Below are positions 52,101-63,300 of a DNA stretch of 64,000 bases, piece by piece; position 1 is the first letter of the stretch, and each line of letters starts with the position of its first letter. The translations under genes and the position numbers were made by a program. The stretch covers positions 124,001 through 188,000 of the forward strand of contig MU053652.1 of NCBI GenBank assembly GCA_013239625.1, given 5' to 3'. Origin of the DNA: Lama guanicoe. Its lineage: Eukaryota. Under the pieces are notes generated by a model, which saw only the letters and a list, made by a program, of their open reading frames with translations, ran no database searches and was not told where the DNA came from.

Positions 52101-55100
52101 GATGGACTCTCATGTCAGGTCTGTGTCTTTTTTTGATTTCCTGATGAAATAGTCTATTGGTCCACAAACTATCGGTAACTGACTGTTCTAAACAGCACTA
52201 AGGAAGGGGGTTGTTTAGGACCAGTCAGCATCCTGATTCTTTGGCACACAGACTTACTGGGAAGTGGTTCCCCTCGACCGTGTTTTGGTGATTTGCACTC
52301 TCATGAGCTGCCTGACTGTACACGTCATGTGGAAATTCATATCTGTACTTCCCTAAAGTCTTCTTGTTCTTCTTTTTGCAGATACAGTATATTCAAATAT
52401 ACCTCCATTGCCCTGGTGTCTGTGGGGATATTTATTTGCACTTTCATGTCAGCAAAGCAAGTGGTAAGAATCTACTCACAAATCATTTATATTCACTACT
52501 TGCCATGGGGGCCCAGGTACTTATTAATGATACAATAAATGTAAATGCTCATGTAATACAAGGGTTTAAACCTCTGAAAGAGAATAGTGGAGGGAAGTGG
52601 CTCACGAACGGTCCCCTAGTGTCTAGGCCCCTTGCAGGTAGTTGTGGTCTCTGTACCTTGTATTTTTTCTTATTTCCTAGACTTCCGAGTCCAGCTCGAG
52701 TGAGAATGATGGATTCCAGGCATTTGCATGGTGGTTGCTAGGCAAGTACAGTAATTACAATGAAGCTAATTGCCTCTGCAGTTCTGTTTTCAGAGTTTGC
52801 TCCTGAGGGATATGTTTCTTGGCAAGAAGCTTCGGCTAAACAAATTGTGTCGTGGAAGAGAGAGGCACCTGGGATGATGTACCTCTGAACCTTAGTGTTC
52901 AAGAAACGAAAAAGAGAAAATGTCCATGTTCACGGTGGTGTGTTCTACAACACGGATGTTTTCCTCAGTGGCTCGGGTGCTGAGGGTAAAGTCCGTGTCT
53001 GGTTGCCCCTCACGCTCTCTGGGAGCAGTGCTTAGAGTGTCATCCATTTCTTTATGATGTGTCTGCTGAGCAGAAGCTTCTACAAAAGGATGGCACATTA
53101 CAGCAGTTGACTCTTGAAATTTCCAAGGGACCCATTTCTAAATCTTAGATTAATTTTCTTCCTAAGCTGTTCCACATGGCAGCGTTCCCAAACCTGACCA
53201 ATCATCTCCTGGAGAATTTTTTAAAATGCAAGTAGCTCTTTGTGGAATTAATCAGACAACTCCTACAGAGCTTTGCCCTCACTGGGTGTGAGACAGGAGG
53301 GCACCCCTTCCCAGGTGCGCTCAGTGACGGCAGTAGCAGATCAGGGCCGACTGTGTGGAAGAGAAGGAGCCATGAAAGAGCTGTCTTCTCCTGGCTTCTT
53401 GGCTTTGAAACTTTATCCCTTTTGGTTGCTCTTCTTTACATAGAAAGATCTTTATGAGCTCTTAGAAAAATACTTTACCTAATGAGAAAAACTTGCAAAA
53501 GGTATGAACACACAGTTCATGGGGAAAAAAATTAATGTCCAGTCATCTTATGTTCAGTCTAATAATCAGAGAAATGCAAATTGAAGCCAAAATGCAGTAC
53601 CTTTTTATTTTTGGTCTATTGGCAAGATAAAAAATAATTATTCTCACTGCTGCTGGTGGGGGCAGTAAGACGACTATTTTCATATAATTTTATGGTAAAT
53701 TGATACAGCCTTTCTGGAAAAAAAATTATGTATTGAATTTTTTAAAGTGTCTACAACCTTTGACTCAGTAATCCCACTTATGAGCGTTTATCCTAAGGAA
53801 ATAATCAACATTTTGTTGAAAGATTTATATACTAGGATGTAAGTTGATTTTAATCATGAAATAGTCAGAGGTAATCTAACCCTTCTCTTATGGTAAGACA
53901 TCTAAGTATGGTGCACCCACATGAAAGAATAATACGCAGCTATTAAATCATACTTTTGAAAAAATTTTAATGAATGACTTGAAGGAAAATCTAGGGGAAA
54001 ATCGTTAGGAAAGCAAGATACAAAGTTATATATTCATTATGATCATGTCTTAGCATTAAATATATGCATAAGTATGCATAGAGAGCCGTAGCAAACTGTG
54101 TAGGATAGGATGGTAATATCGTGGTTGGTTTTTTATTACTTTTTAAATTTTGTACATTTACATTTAGTGTGTAATATTTGTAGAACTTAGTAAGTGTTCT
54201 TTAAGAAAAGATCTGGCAGTTTGCAAATGCAGGCGTCTTGTAACTGGATGTTTGCTTTCTAGGTATTGGGGCACTGACTTTTGCTCTTCTGATGTCAGCA
54301 AGGATGGGTATTTTCCAAGAGACTCTCTACAAACAATTCGGAAAACACTCCAAGGAGGCTTTGTTTTATAATGTAAGCGATTTCTTGAACCCGGGGAAGA
54401 TGAAAATCACTGAGTTATTACTGTATGTACACATATGTAATTACATATATGTGATATGTTTTTTCAAATATGATATGCCATCCTTCCGATATTTATTATC
54501 CAGTAAGGTGCTTTGGGACCCACGGACTCTGACACTTTTGATAGACTGCCACAGTCCTCTGCAGGAGGTGATCATAATCAGTCAGTGTAAACAGAACATG
54601 TCTGCTAACCAGGTACTGCCCCACGGGACAAGGAACCCAAGGTTCCCACAGATGAAATCAAGTTAAAACCAAGATGGAAACCGGAAATGGGAATAGAAGG
54701 TCCAAGAGCCACAAGCCAAGGAGCATGTGTGCAGGCAGGCCTTTGGGAGAGCTGAGGAGGTTGGGGTTTGAGCAGTTACGTTCCTCAGTTGGGCTTTATT
54801 CATCTGATGGAGAGTTTAATTAGTTAATTACATACGTTCACTCTTCTTTGTTTGAAACTGCTGATCTAGAGCCACCTCCTCTAGTGTTCCTCTTTCTCGC
54901 CCCTCTTTCCTATTAAAAAATGTCCAAAGTACAGCCCCTCAAGGTCACAGTGACAGGGTTGCCTCCAGGTTCAACAACCTCAGGGATTCCTTCCCTGCCA
55001 ACTTTTTGTACTGAAGTATCAGATGAGCAATTTGAGATATTTAATTGGGAGCTAGAGTATGTGGCCAGGAATTTTTAAAATAAAGGAACATTCTGTTTGG

Positions 55101-58100
55101 TTCACATGACTTTTTTAGCACAATACCTGGCTCATAGTTAACTGCTTGGTTAAGGTTAGCTGTGATTCCTTATGATTGTGGCGGTGGTGGTTGTGGGTTG
55201 TGGCCAAGCCCATTAATCTTTGCTTACCTGTTGTTTCCCCTTCCTTCTTCAGTCTCTCTTTATTCTTGTCTTCGTTTCTTTTTCCCTGACATCATATTGT
55301 TCTCCACTCTCTTTTCCCACTAGTTTCCTGAACATGCTAAAATCTGCCTTCACATTCCATATAATTTTTAAATCCATTATATTTGCTTAACTGGTCTCAA
55401 AAATAGTAAAATGTGGCAAATCGTTAGGTTAGAATGACTGTGTGTTTACATATCCCATTCTCTTTTGTTGAGTAAAAAGGTGCTGGCTCTCTTTTTTAGT
55501 TTTGTACGTAGTGACCATCACACTCCACAGGGCACAGACTGTTAATTCTGGGGTTGATATCATACCATAGAGTGTCAAGTGGTCAGGAGCACTGGATACA
55601 TTTAACTTAATAAGTCTGACTTGCCTTTCTTGATGTTGCCTGTTAAACAACTTGTAAAACTTTCAATCATTGTAAAGATACTCTAATTATTCTGTAATGT
55701 TTTTGCAGTTAAATTTACGTGAAATGTTTCTTCCCATAGCATGCCCTTCCACTTCCTGGTTTCATCTTCTTGGCATCTGATATTTATGACCATGCAGTTC
55801 TATTCAATAAGTCTGGTGAGTCTGGGGTTATTCAGTAGAATTACCTGAGAGTTTCAGAGGCAACGTCTCAGTTTTACTCTTGACTTGACCACTGCTTTTT
55901 TCATGATTTGTTTTTCATATGTTTTTATTGAAGTACAGTCAGTTTACAATGTTGTGTCAGTTTCTGGTGTACAGCACAATACTTCAGTCACATAGGAATA
56001 TATACATTTGTTCTCATATTCTTCTTCACCATAGGTTACAAGATATTGAATATAGTTCCCTGTGCTATACAGTATAAACTTGTTGTTCATCTATTTTATA
56101 TATATTAGTTAGTATCTGCAACCTCGAAGTCATTCTGAGTGAAGTAAGTCAAAAGAGAAAGAAAAATACCACATGATGTCACTTACACATAGACTCTAAA
56201 AAAAAAAAACAAAAAAGACAAATGAACTTATTTACAAAACAGAAACAGACTCACAGACATAGAAAGCAAATTTGTGGTTACCAGTGGGGGAAGGGAGTGA
56301 AAAGGGATAAACTGGGAATTTGAAATTTTTTCGTGATTTTATCCAAATCATCTGTCCCCCTGAAATTGTCTGTCCCCCTGAAGTTGTCCCCATTCCACCT
56401 TCCAGGAATATAGGACCATTAATCTGTAGTTGCAGCAGCCAAAGCTTTTATAAGCACTTCTCAGTTATTTGCAAATCAAACAAGACAGTATCTTCAAACT
56501 TTCTATTTTGCTTTGGAATTTGTGTGTTTGCATTTGAATGTGGAATGTTTGATATTCTGAAAATGCAAACGAATAGTAATAACACATTGCAGAGACTGGA
56601 GCCTTGAACAGTTAGGCAGTGGTCCAGCTCTCTCCACTCCTGTTCATCCTTCTCTGCTGGGAAGGGCAGATCCGCTCAGAGATCCAGGCCGAGCCACCTC
56701 AGACCCAGGAGGGTGAAAATGACAACAGGGCTTTTTCCTAGTTACAGGGTAGGTAGGCGGTAGGAATAAGCAAAATTAGTTCAAATGTCTACAGTGTAAG
56801 TTAGCTGTGATTTTTTAAAGTGGCTGTTTAATAAGCTATTGCCAGTTAACTTGAGAGAAATTACTTGTATAATCTGATTATCTATTAAAAGACAGTGTGT
56901 AGTATACAGACAATGAATACACAAGGAAGAAAGAAACATTTTTTGTCTTTTGGGTTTTTTTTAAGTTTATGTATTTATTTTACAATATCATATTTTTTAA
57001 TTGAAGTATAGTTGATGTACAATATTATATGTTACAGGTATAGAATATAGCACAATTTTTAAAAGTTATACTCCATTTATAGTTATTATAAAATATGGGC
57101 TGTATGCCCCATGTTGTACAATACCTCCTTGTAGCTTGTTTTATACCTGACAATTTGTACCTCTTAATCCTCCACCTCCATCTTGCTCCTCCCCCTTCCC
57201 TCTCCCCACTGGTAACCACCATTTCCTTCTCTACATCTGTGAGCCTCTTTCAGAGAAACATTTTTAAAACTAAGGCTTTATGTTGTTCAGACCTAAAGTG
57301 GCAAGTGTGTTGCATAGAATGGCAGTAGCTGCTCAGTGAACATTTGTTTGCTCTCTGATTGTGGACTGTGAAGTTGTGGCTGTTCTCTGTTTGCAAAATT
57401 GCCTCTCCCATTTGCCCGCAAATAAATGTGTAATGAAGGTAGAGTGTAAGAAAGTTTTTAAGGCCCTGAATTACTCGCTTATTTCTGACTTTTTAAACTG
57501 AGATATAATTGACATATAGCTGATTTTTGATGCAGTGATTTTTCAGGTCTCTTAGAGCCCCCACATAGCAAAGGGCTATTGAAATAAACACATTGTCAAA
57601 TTCCTTGGGATTAATAATGATTTAGTTACTAGAATGTTCCTTCTAAAAGTTGCAGGGATGGGTATTTATATAATTTTTTTTTTTAAGAATCTGCCTTCAA
57701 CTTCCTTAGAATCACCCCTAAGTATACATTTTTTTCTCTTGCTTAAGTGTCTGAGATGAACCTTTTATCCTAGAATTTCCTAAGGGCACTGAACATTCGT
57801 CTAAATAAAGCCCTACTAATTGCCTCTTTCCCCAGCAAACTGATACAGTGGATCTCTGAAGTTATTAAACAGTAATAACACTTGGTAGCTTACTTTTCAT
57901 TTCAGTACTTGTTAAGTATTTCAGAGACAGTATAATATTGGGATTTCCCACTAGTCAGACATACAATTATAACAAGTTATTTAGGTATATGAAATGTTAT
58001 TTTTTGCAAAAGAAAATTAATGTTCATTTACTAACCAGATCGCAACATCACTTTGTTAGACTTTCCTGAGTTATGCTGTATAATTCAAAGCCCCAAACAA

Positions 58101-60381
58101 TTCAGCAATTCAGAAAAACTGACCCTTCAAGGGTGTATATGTCCTTATTTTCTTTGATCTTGGATATTTTATTTCCTCCCAAGTATGTACTGTGTAGGCC
58201 TCATTATATAAAGCTAACATAAGTAGGTATTTAAAGGAAGAAAAGGTACAGTTCGATCACCCTACCCATGAGCTAATTTCATTTTATCGGTGTCCTTCCC
58301 AACACTGTTTACATACATTCTTGTGTAATCCTTGTGTAGGTATAATTTTATACTTGCTTTTTCACTTTCAGTCTGAGTCATAATCCTTGTGTAAGTATAA
58401 TTTTATACTTACTTTCTCACTTTCATTCTGAGTTTTTTATGTGACTGTATATGATCTTTGTTTATATCAAATATATAATGCCTCATCTAGTTAAAGTATC
58501 TTTGCTTACATAGTCCTTGCTCTATCATTGGACATTTAGATTGATTCAGAGTTTTTCCTTATTGCAAATACTACTGCGATGCATGTAGAACTTTTTCTTC
58601 TTTTAAGGTAACTACAATTAACTCCTAAAAGTGAGTAGCAATACTTTTATGGCCCCTTGATACATAATGTGAAATTGATTTTTTAAAAAAACACCAATTT
58701 ATGCTACCACCCACTGAATGGCTGCCAGTTTCACTACCATTTTGCCAGATTAGGATATTATTTATCAATGTTTAACAGCTAATTTAATAGATACAGAATG
58801 GTACAACCTTGTATAACTTAGAATTGGTTACTAGCAGTACTGAACATATTTCCAGATGGCATTTAGTTATAGGTTGTCTCTCATCTTGTATTAATGGTCA
58901 GTTAAGACCATATCATTTTGAACTTCTCTATGTTTCACAGTCTTTCTTTGTAAAGTGGGGTCCTATTCAGGCAAATGGTAAAGAGTCTATTTTAAAAGTA
59001 AAATAAATTATAATTTGTTTTAAGGAACCAGTGTAATGACTCTTGAGGCTGATAATATTCTGGAATCAAGGCAAGTAAAGTGGTGGAAGGTCCAAATCTC
59101 TCTGCGAGAGAGAACGTTGCTGCCTCTGTTATGTTCATCTGTATTACTCGATTCAAAAAAGATGAAGACTTAAGCCGTCAAAAGTGATGCAACTGTCTCC
59201 CCTCTTAATCTTTGCAGAACTGTATCAAGTTCCAGGCATTGGTGTGACAGTGCCCATCATGTGGTTCTACCTCCTCATGAATGTCATCACTCAGTATCCT
59301 TTGCACTCCTCTGCCATCCGGTCATCTCTGTGTTATTTTGGCCCGGGAAAGTTTATTCTTTTCTTCTAATGGTGCAGTGACATGAGTTTTGTTTTTGCCT
59401 TGATCTGTTTTGCAGTAAGTGGGAGACAAGCCCAGCCAGCGAGCTCCTTTGTCGGGGGCCGGAGAGACAGTGGTGGTCGGAGGGTCAGTCAGCCACAGGG
59501 CACCATGAAGGAGAAGCTCTAGGTGCAGGTGTGGAAATCAGTGGGTAATCAAGAATTAGCATATGACACCAATGCTTTGTGATTTCTACCATCCTAGGAT
59601 ATTTCACAAGCTGTCTCAAAATTCTGCAAAAATTTCAAATTAATGAAAACCTACTTTTTTTTAAAAACGTTCTTTTGAATGACCTCAAGCCCTTTCTAAA
59701 AATCATCTTTGAAACAACTGAGATTGACCTCATTCCTCTGAAGTCACCTCAGAGGACTGCCCTACAGAGATCCTTTGTAGAGGAGGGGGTGGAAGGACCC
59801 GGGACCAGATCAAATAAAGAGGGATGTGCTCGCCTTTACTGAGAGTTACTCTCTGTCATTACTAGGGAGACAGCCTTCAGTGTGAACTGTGAGAAGAATC
59901 CAGAATAATCATAGGAGGGCTTCAGGCCCTTCGACGTTAGGCCCCACAACCAGAATGGCCGGACGGGAGTTCTGCAGGGTGTTCGGCCAAGGGAGAGCCT
60001 CAGAGCAGCCGTAGCTGATCCCCACGTTTTCTGGTTCCTTCAGTAGGAATATCGAAGCTCAGAGCCTTGCCAGAAGGTTCTGCCGCTGACCTCTCGGTAG
60101 TCCACCGAAAAGCGCCTTAACCCCGCCCCTCCAGGTACGTGTGCATCCGCGGTGTGTTCATCCTCACCACAGAGTGCGCCTCGCTCACCGTCACGCTCGT
60201 CGTGACTCTCCGCAAGTTCGTGAGCCTCATTTTCTCCATCTTGTACTTCCGGAACCCTTTCACCCTGTGGCACTGGCTGGGCACCTTGTTTGTCTTCCTT
60301 GGGACCCTCATGTACACAGAGGTGTGGAACAACCTGGGGACCAGCAAAGGCCAGCCTCAGAAGGAGGACAAGAAGAACTGA
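40102..60381 (+). CDS. SLC35B4: SLC35B4, UDP-xylose/UDP-N-acetylglucosamine transporter; spliced CDS join(40102..40178,45878..45991,48695..48797,50142..50191,52382..52463,52681..52741,54263..54372,55740..55815,59218..59293,60135..60381), 331 aa
   Basis: Exon lengths 77+114+103+50+82+61+110+76+76+247 = 996 nt, in frame with no internal stops. Translation MHPAFAVGLVFAGCCSNVIFLELLARRHPGCGNIVTFAQFLFIAVEGFLFEADLGRK...YYAVMVTMFFTVSVVNNYALNLNIAMPLHMIFRSGSLIANMILGIIILKKRYSIFKY...YVCIRGVFILTTECASLTVTLVVTLRKFVSLIFSILYF...KEDKKN* closely matches mammalian SLC35B4 as I recall it. Confidence 0.98.
44090..44262. mobile_element. MER5-like hAT MITE in intron 1
   Basis: gtggttctcaactctgggtgcacatt...ccagaccagtcctatcagaa...gcagcccagccagagctgaaaagcactg. 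Confidence 0.6.
45878..45991 (+). CDS. SLC35B4: SLC35B4 exon 2
   Basis: Polypyrimidine tract + tacgcAG acceptor; encodes RHPGCGNIVTFAQFLFIAVEGFLFEADLGRKRPAIPI; donor ag|GTATGG. Confidence 0.96.
47843..47921. mobile_element. MADE2-like mariner MITE in intron 2
   Basis: tattaggttcatatgaaattgctgatgttc...tttgacctacaaaaatggcattttaaatggttgaagctgata; ~80 bp, imperfect palindrome. Confidence 0.75.
48695..48797 (+). CDS. SLC35B4: SLC35B4 exon 3
   Basis: ctcAG acceptor; YYAVMVTMFFTVSVVNNYALNLNIAMPLHMIFRS; donor GTAAGT. Confidence 0.97.
50142..50191 (+). CDS. SLC35B4: SLC35B4 exon 4
   Basis: tttttacAG acceptor; GSLIANMILGIIILKK; donor ag|GTAAGC. Confidence 0.96.
50445..50655. mobile_element. MER3-like hAT MITE in intron 4
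   Basis: ccactggctacatgtgactatttacatttaaatt...agtagccacatgtggctagtggtgacc. Confidence 0.8.
52382..52463 (+). CDS. SLC35B4: SLC35B4 exon 5
   Basis: tttttgcAG acceptor; YSIFKYTSIALVSVGIFICTFMSAKQV; donor GTAAGA. Confidence 0.96.
52681..52741 (+). CDS. SLC35B4: SLC35B4 exon 6 (followed by a GC donor)
   Basis: ttcctAG acceptor; TSESSSSENDGFQAFAWWLL; donor ag|GCAAGT is required to keep frame with exon 7. Confidence 0.94.
52742..54262 (+). other. SLC35B4: GC-AG intron 6 of SLC35B4
   Basis: Donor AG|GCAAGT matches the U1 consensus except at +2; preserves frame (G|GT = Gly). Confidence 0.9.
53470..54180 (+). mobile_element. Old L1 (L1ME-like) fragment in intron 6
   Basis: aataatcagagaaatgcaaatt...ctttgactcagtaatcccactt...tttatcctaaggaaataatc. 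Confidence 0.65.
54263..54372 (+). CDS. SLC35B4: SLC35B4 exon 7
   Basis: tttctAG acceptor; IGALTFALLMSARMGIFQETLYKQFGKHSKEALFYN; donor GTAAGC. Confidence 0.96.
55740..55815 (+). CDS. SLC35B4: SLC35B4 exon 8
   Basis: ttcccatAG acceptor; HALPLPGFIFLASDIYDHAVLFNKS; donor g|GTGAGT. Confidence 0.96.
55910..56325 (-). mobile_element. Lineage-specific L1 with 5' inversion (twin priming) in intron 8
   Basis: Antisense 3' end 55910-56128 joined to a sense segment 56129-56325; TSD TTTTTTC(A/G)TGATTT at 55896-55909 and 56326-56339. Confidence 0.88.
56944..57253 (-). mobile_element. L1 3' end fragment with TSD in intron 8
   Basis: ttttaattgaagtatagttgatgtacaatattatatgttacagg...ccccactggtaaccac; TSD AGAAACATTTTT at 56932-56943 and 57254-57265. 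Confidence 0.8.
58326..58435. repeat. 55-bp tandem duplication (2 copies) within an old antisense L1 fragment
   Basis: taatccttgtgtaggtataattttatacttgctttttcactttcagtctgagt / taatccttgtgtaagtataattttatacttactttctcactttcattctgagt. Confidence 0.85.
59218..59293 (+). CDS. SLC35B4: SLC35B4 exon 9
   Basis: tttgcAG acceptor; LYQVPGIGVTVPIMWFYLLMNVIT; donor ca|GTATCCTTT (U12 type). Confidence 0.95.
59294..60134 (+). other. SLC35B4: U12-type (minor spliceosome) GT-AG intron 9 of SLC35B4
   Basis: 5' splice site GTATCCTTT; branch site CCTTAAC at 60115-60121, 13 nt before the intron end; no U-rich tract between branch site and AG. Confidence 0.93.
60135..60381 (+). CDS. SLC35B4: SLC35B4 exon 10, coding part
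   Basis: CCTTAAC branch site + ccAG acceptor; YVCIRGVFILTTECASLTVTLVVTLRKFVSLIFSILYFRNPFTLWHWLGTLFVFLGTLMYTEVWNNLGTSKGQPQKEDKKN*. Confidence 0.97.
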
Positions 60382-63300
60382 GGCCTGCCTGGAGGAGCGA
60401 GAGCGGAGGCAGAGGGGAGCCGGCGCCGGCCAGCATTTCACCTTGGTTCGCGCCGAATTACCCCCCGAGCATCGAACCAGCCCTGCACCAGAGGATCCCC
60501 AGAGGGGGCTTCTCGGGTTTCTCATGACTATGAAGATGGCATTTGTGGACTCTGGATTAGAAGCCCCTCAACCCTGAAACAGAAAAAACAGTTCTCTACG
60601 GTTGAACAGCCGGTCCATTTGGTGTATGTTTTGTTTACCAGAATATTCAGCACTGTGCTTACTGACGTCTGCGTCCCCAGAGCTGCTGGTTTTACATCCG
60701 TGGTCTCGGACAAGATGACCCCTTTTGTTGCTGTTCTGAAAACTCCCGGCCACAACAGTCATTATGCTCCTGTGGCCTTGTCCCCTTGTTCTGTCACCCT
60801 GCCACCCCTCAGCACAACTTTTCAGTCAGTCAGGCGCTTGAAGCACCTTCACCAGGAACAACAAGTGGCCAAAGGAACAGAGACACGGGTGACACTGGGG
60901 CTGGACCTTCTCTGCTGTGCTGGGGGAGAAGTGGTCGTCCCCAGGAGCCCTGCCGACACCGGAGCAGGCCCGCTGGGAATCCTTTTCCACGTTTTGCTGG
61001 GGTTTTTTTTCCTAAGCAGAAGTCATACACTTTCACACCTCCTGTGTTCTGTACTTAGAACAAACCTGCAGCATCCCTCTACGGCTCAACATTAATAAGA
61101 AAGAGAGGTTGTGTATGAATTGGGAAAGACAGACATATCCGCTCAGTCTTCTACATGCAGCGCATCAGCCTGGAGCCGAGATGGTAACGCCAGGAGGGCC
61201 CAGGAGAAGCCTGGCCCTGGTGGCACCCAGAGAGCCACGGCTCCCCTGCCGGGCTGGTTCCAAGTGGGCAGGTCTTTGAAAGGCTTCTTACTCAGAGATT
61301 CAGCTCTGCCCGGCATCTCTGATAGAGTCATGACTAGTCAGGCTAATGAGTAAACCCGTTTCTAGTGGGTGTGATGTGTCAATCGGGCCAAATCACAACC
61401 AACATGGAAAGTTTTCCTCGTTATTTATTTTTTTAATAAGGCATCTTAATGTTCTTGATCGCTATGTGGGGGTATGTGTTTTATTCTATGTAGAAACATG
61501 ACCCTCTTTTGCTAATCATCTCAAAGGTCTGGTTTTCCTCCCATGGGATACTTTTGAGAGAGAGGACCAGGGTCAGGGTAGTGTGTGTAGGTGTGTGTGT
61601 GTGCTCTTGTGTGGTTTGTGATCACTCAGGAGGAGAATGGAGCACAGAAGTCAGTGTTTTTATCTTCTGTTCTTCACTTAGCCTGGGCCTCCACCGCCTC
61701 ACCCAGGTACGTGCTCTGGAGGCCAGCAGACTCACCAGCTCCTCTCTTTGCACCCGGACAGAGGCCTCTCCTTTTGCGCTGGATGCAGGCTGTGTTCTTA
61801 GATCAAGAGGCGGCTCTCTGGGTCTCCTGGGCTCGCCCAGGGGGAGGTGTGTTTATTCCACTGTCGAGCTGTTCTCTGATGGGGTTTGAGATAAGTGTCC
61901 TAGAACCACTGGGTCACTTTGAGGAGGTCTCTTAAGCTGCCTTGGGGTTTTTGATACCTAAAATGTGGCTACTGTTTCTCCAAAGTCAGAGGGTTTTCAG
62001 ATCAATTTGTTGACCTGGACATGGACAGCTGTGCGGTGCCAGTGAGGGTCTGTGCTAAGCGATGCTGAATGAGGCGAAAACCTGTGCACGGACTCGAAAG
62101 GTACTGTCCTTGAACTATGTAGAGGTCCTCAGACTGATGGTGCTATGAATACCACGTGTTAAATATCCTCTTAAACAACAACAAAAGCTACTTTTCTTAC
62201 TGTTTCGTAGCAGAACCTGTCCCTCGGGGCTGTTTGGTTGCTGCATATCTGGAGTCTTGACAGGATAACTCTGGACAAAGCTTTACATTTATAGTAATCA
62301 CCCTTTTTATGTTGATGGGAAATGTCACCTTTCCTAGTAACCGAAACAGTGTTGATGTACACAGACAGCATTTAACTGAGCCGATTAGGTTTTAAATTCT
62401 GGTTTTAGTGAGTATGTGTTCCTTTCAGTCTGAATACCTCTGTTGGTCTTATTAACAGGAGGATACGTGTGGGCACATTAGGGCCCGCATACAACACAAT
62501 GAGCGCGTGTAAGAACAGGATGCTGGACATGCTGTGGGAATTGGCTTTTATCTCTCGTCTTTGGATATAAGAAAATACATCTAACAGACGCCAATTAATA
62601 TTTTTATAAACAATTTATTCCCCTTGGTTAACTTAGTTTTCAATCCAGGCTGAAATTGATTTCAGCCCCTTTTAAAAGGGAAAAAAGACGTTTTGCAGAG
62701 GGTCAGATACCCACTAACTGGAGGAGAAAGGTCTCTTAAAGTCCTCTCCTCTTTCTCTGGGTCAAGACTATGTAATTTTGTGCCCCACAGATAGAGGGTG
62801 TAGTTTGTTAACAAAACCCTTAGAAGATCAAATAACAAATGAGACCAGACAGAAAACATACTGTGTGTGTGTGTGTGTACTTGTGTGCCCACTTCACAGC
62901 TTGACCAGAGTCCTAGATGAGGTAACAGGAGAAAACAGTGGACATGTGAATTATTTTAATTTAATGTCTACTCTTTACTACAATTCTTGTCACATTACAA
63001 ATGCTTTTTCATTTTTTAATAAGAATTTATTTTGACCCTTTATTTGCTTTTTTATCCAACTAAAACCATTAATGCACTTGAAAAGTTTCTATCAAGTTCT
63101 AAAGTATTTAGACACAATTCAAATAGTTGGATTTTTTTGTACCTTCTTCCTGCCTAGTTATCCAAAATGAAATGCTGTGGAGCTTGAATTTGGTCATTGC
63201 GTCAAGTGAAGAAAGACCGTGAAAGCTGAGTTGGTCTGTGCCACTTTCACCAAACCTTTTCCATTCTTCTGGGAAGATGACCTGATATATTTTAAGGATT

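Noticed and set aside
52746..52751. Canonical GT donor alternative for exon 6
   Set aside because: Adds 4 nt and breaks the reading frame; poorer consensus than the GC donor
56351..56390. 18-bp tandem duplication tctgtccccctgaa(a/g)ttg
   Set aside because: Ordinary slippage duplication; nothing suggests function
60040..60525. 161-aa antisense ORF over exon 10
   Set aside because: Shadow of a GC3-rich coding exon; no independent splice or homology support
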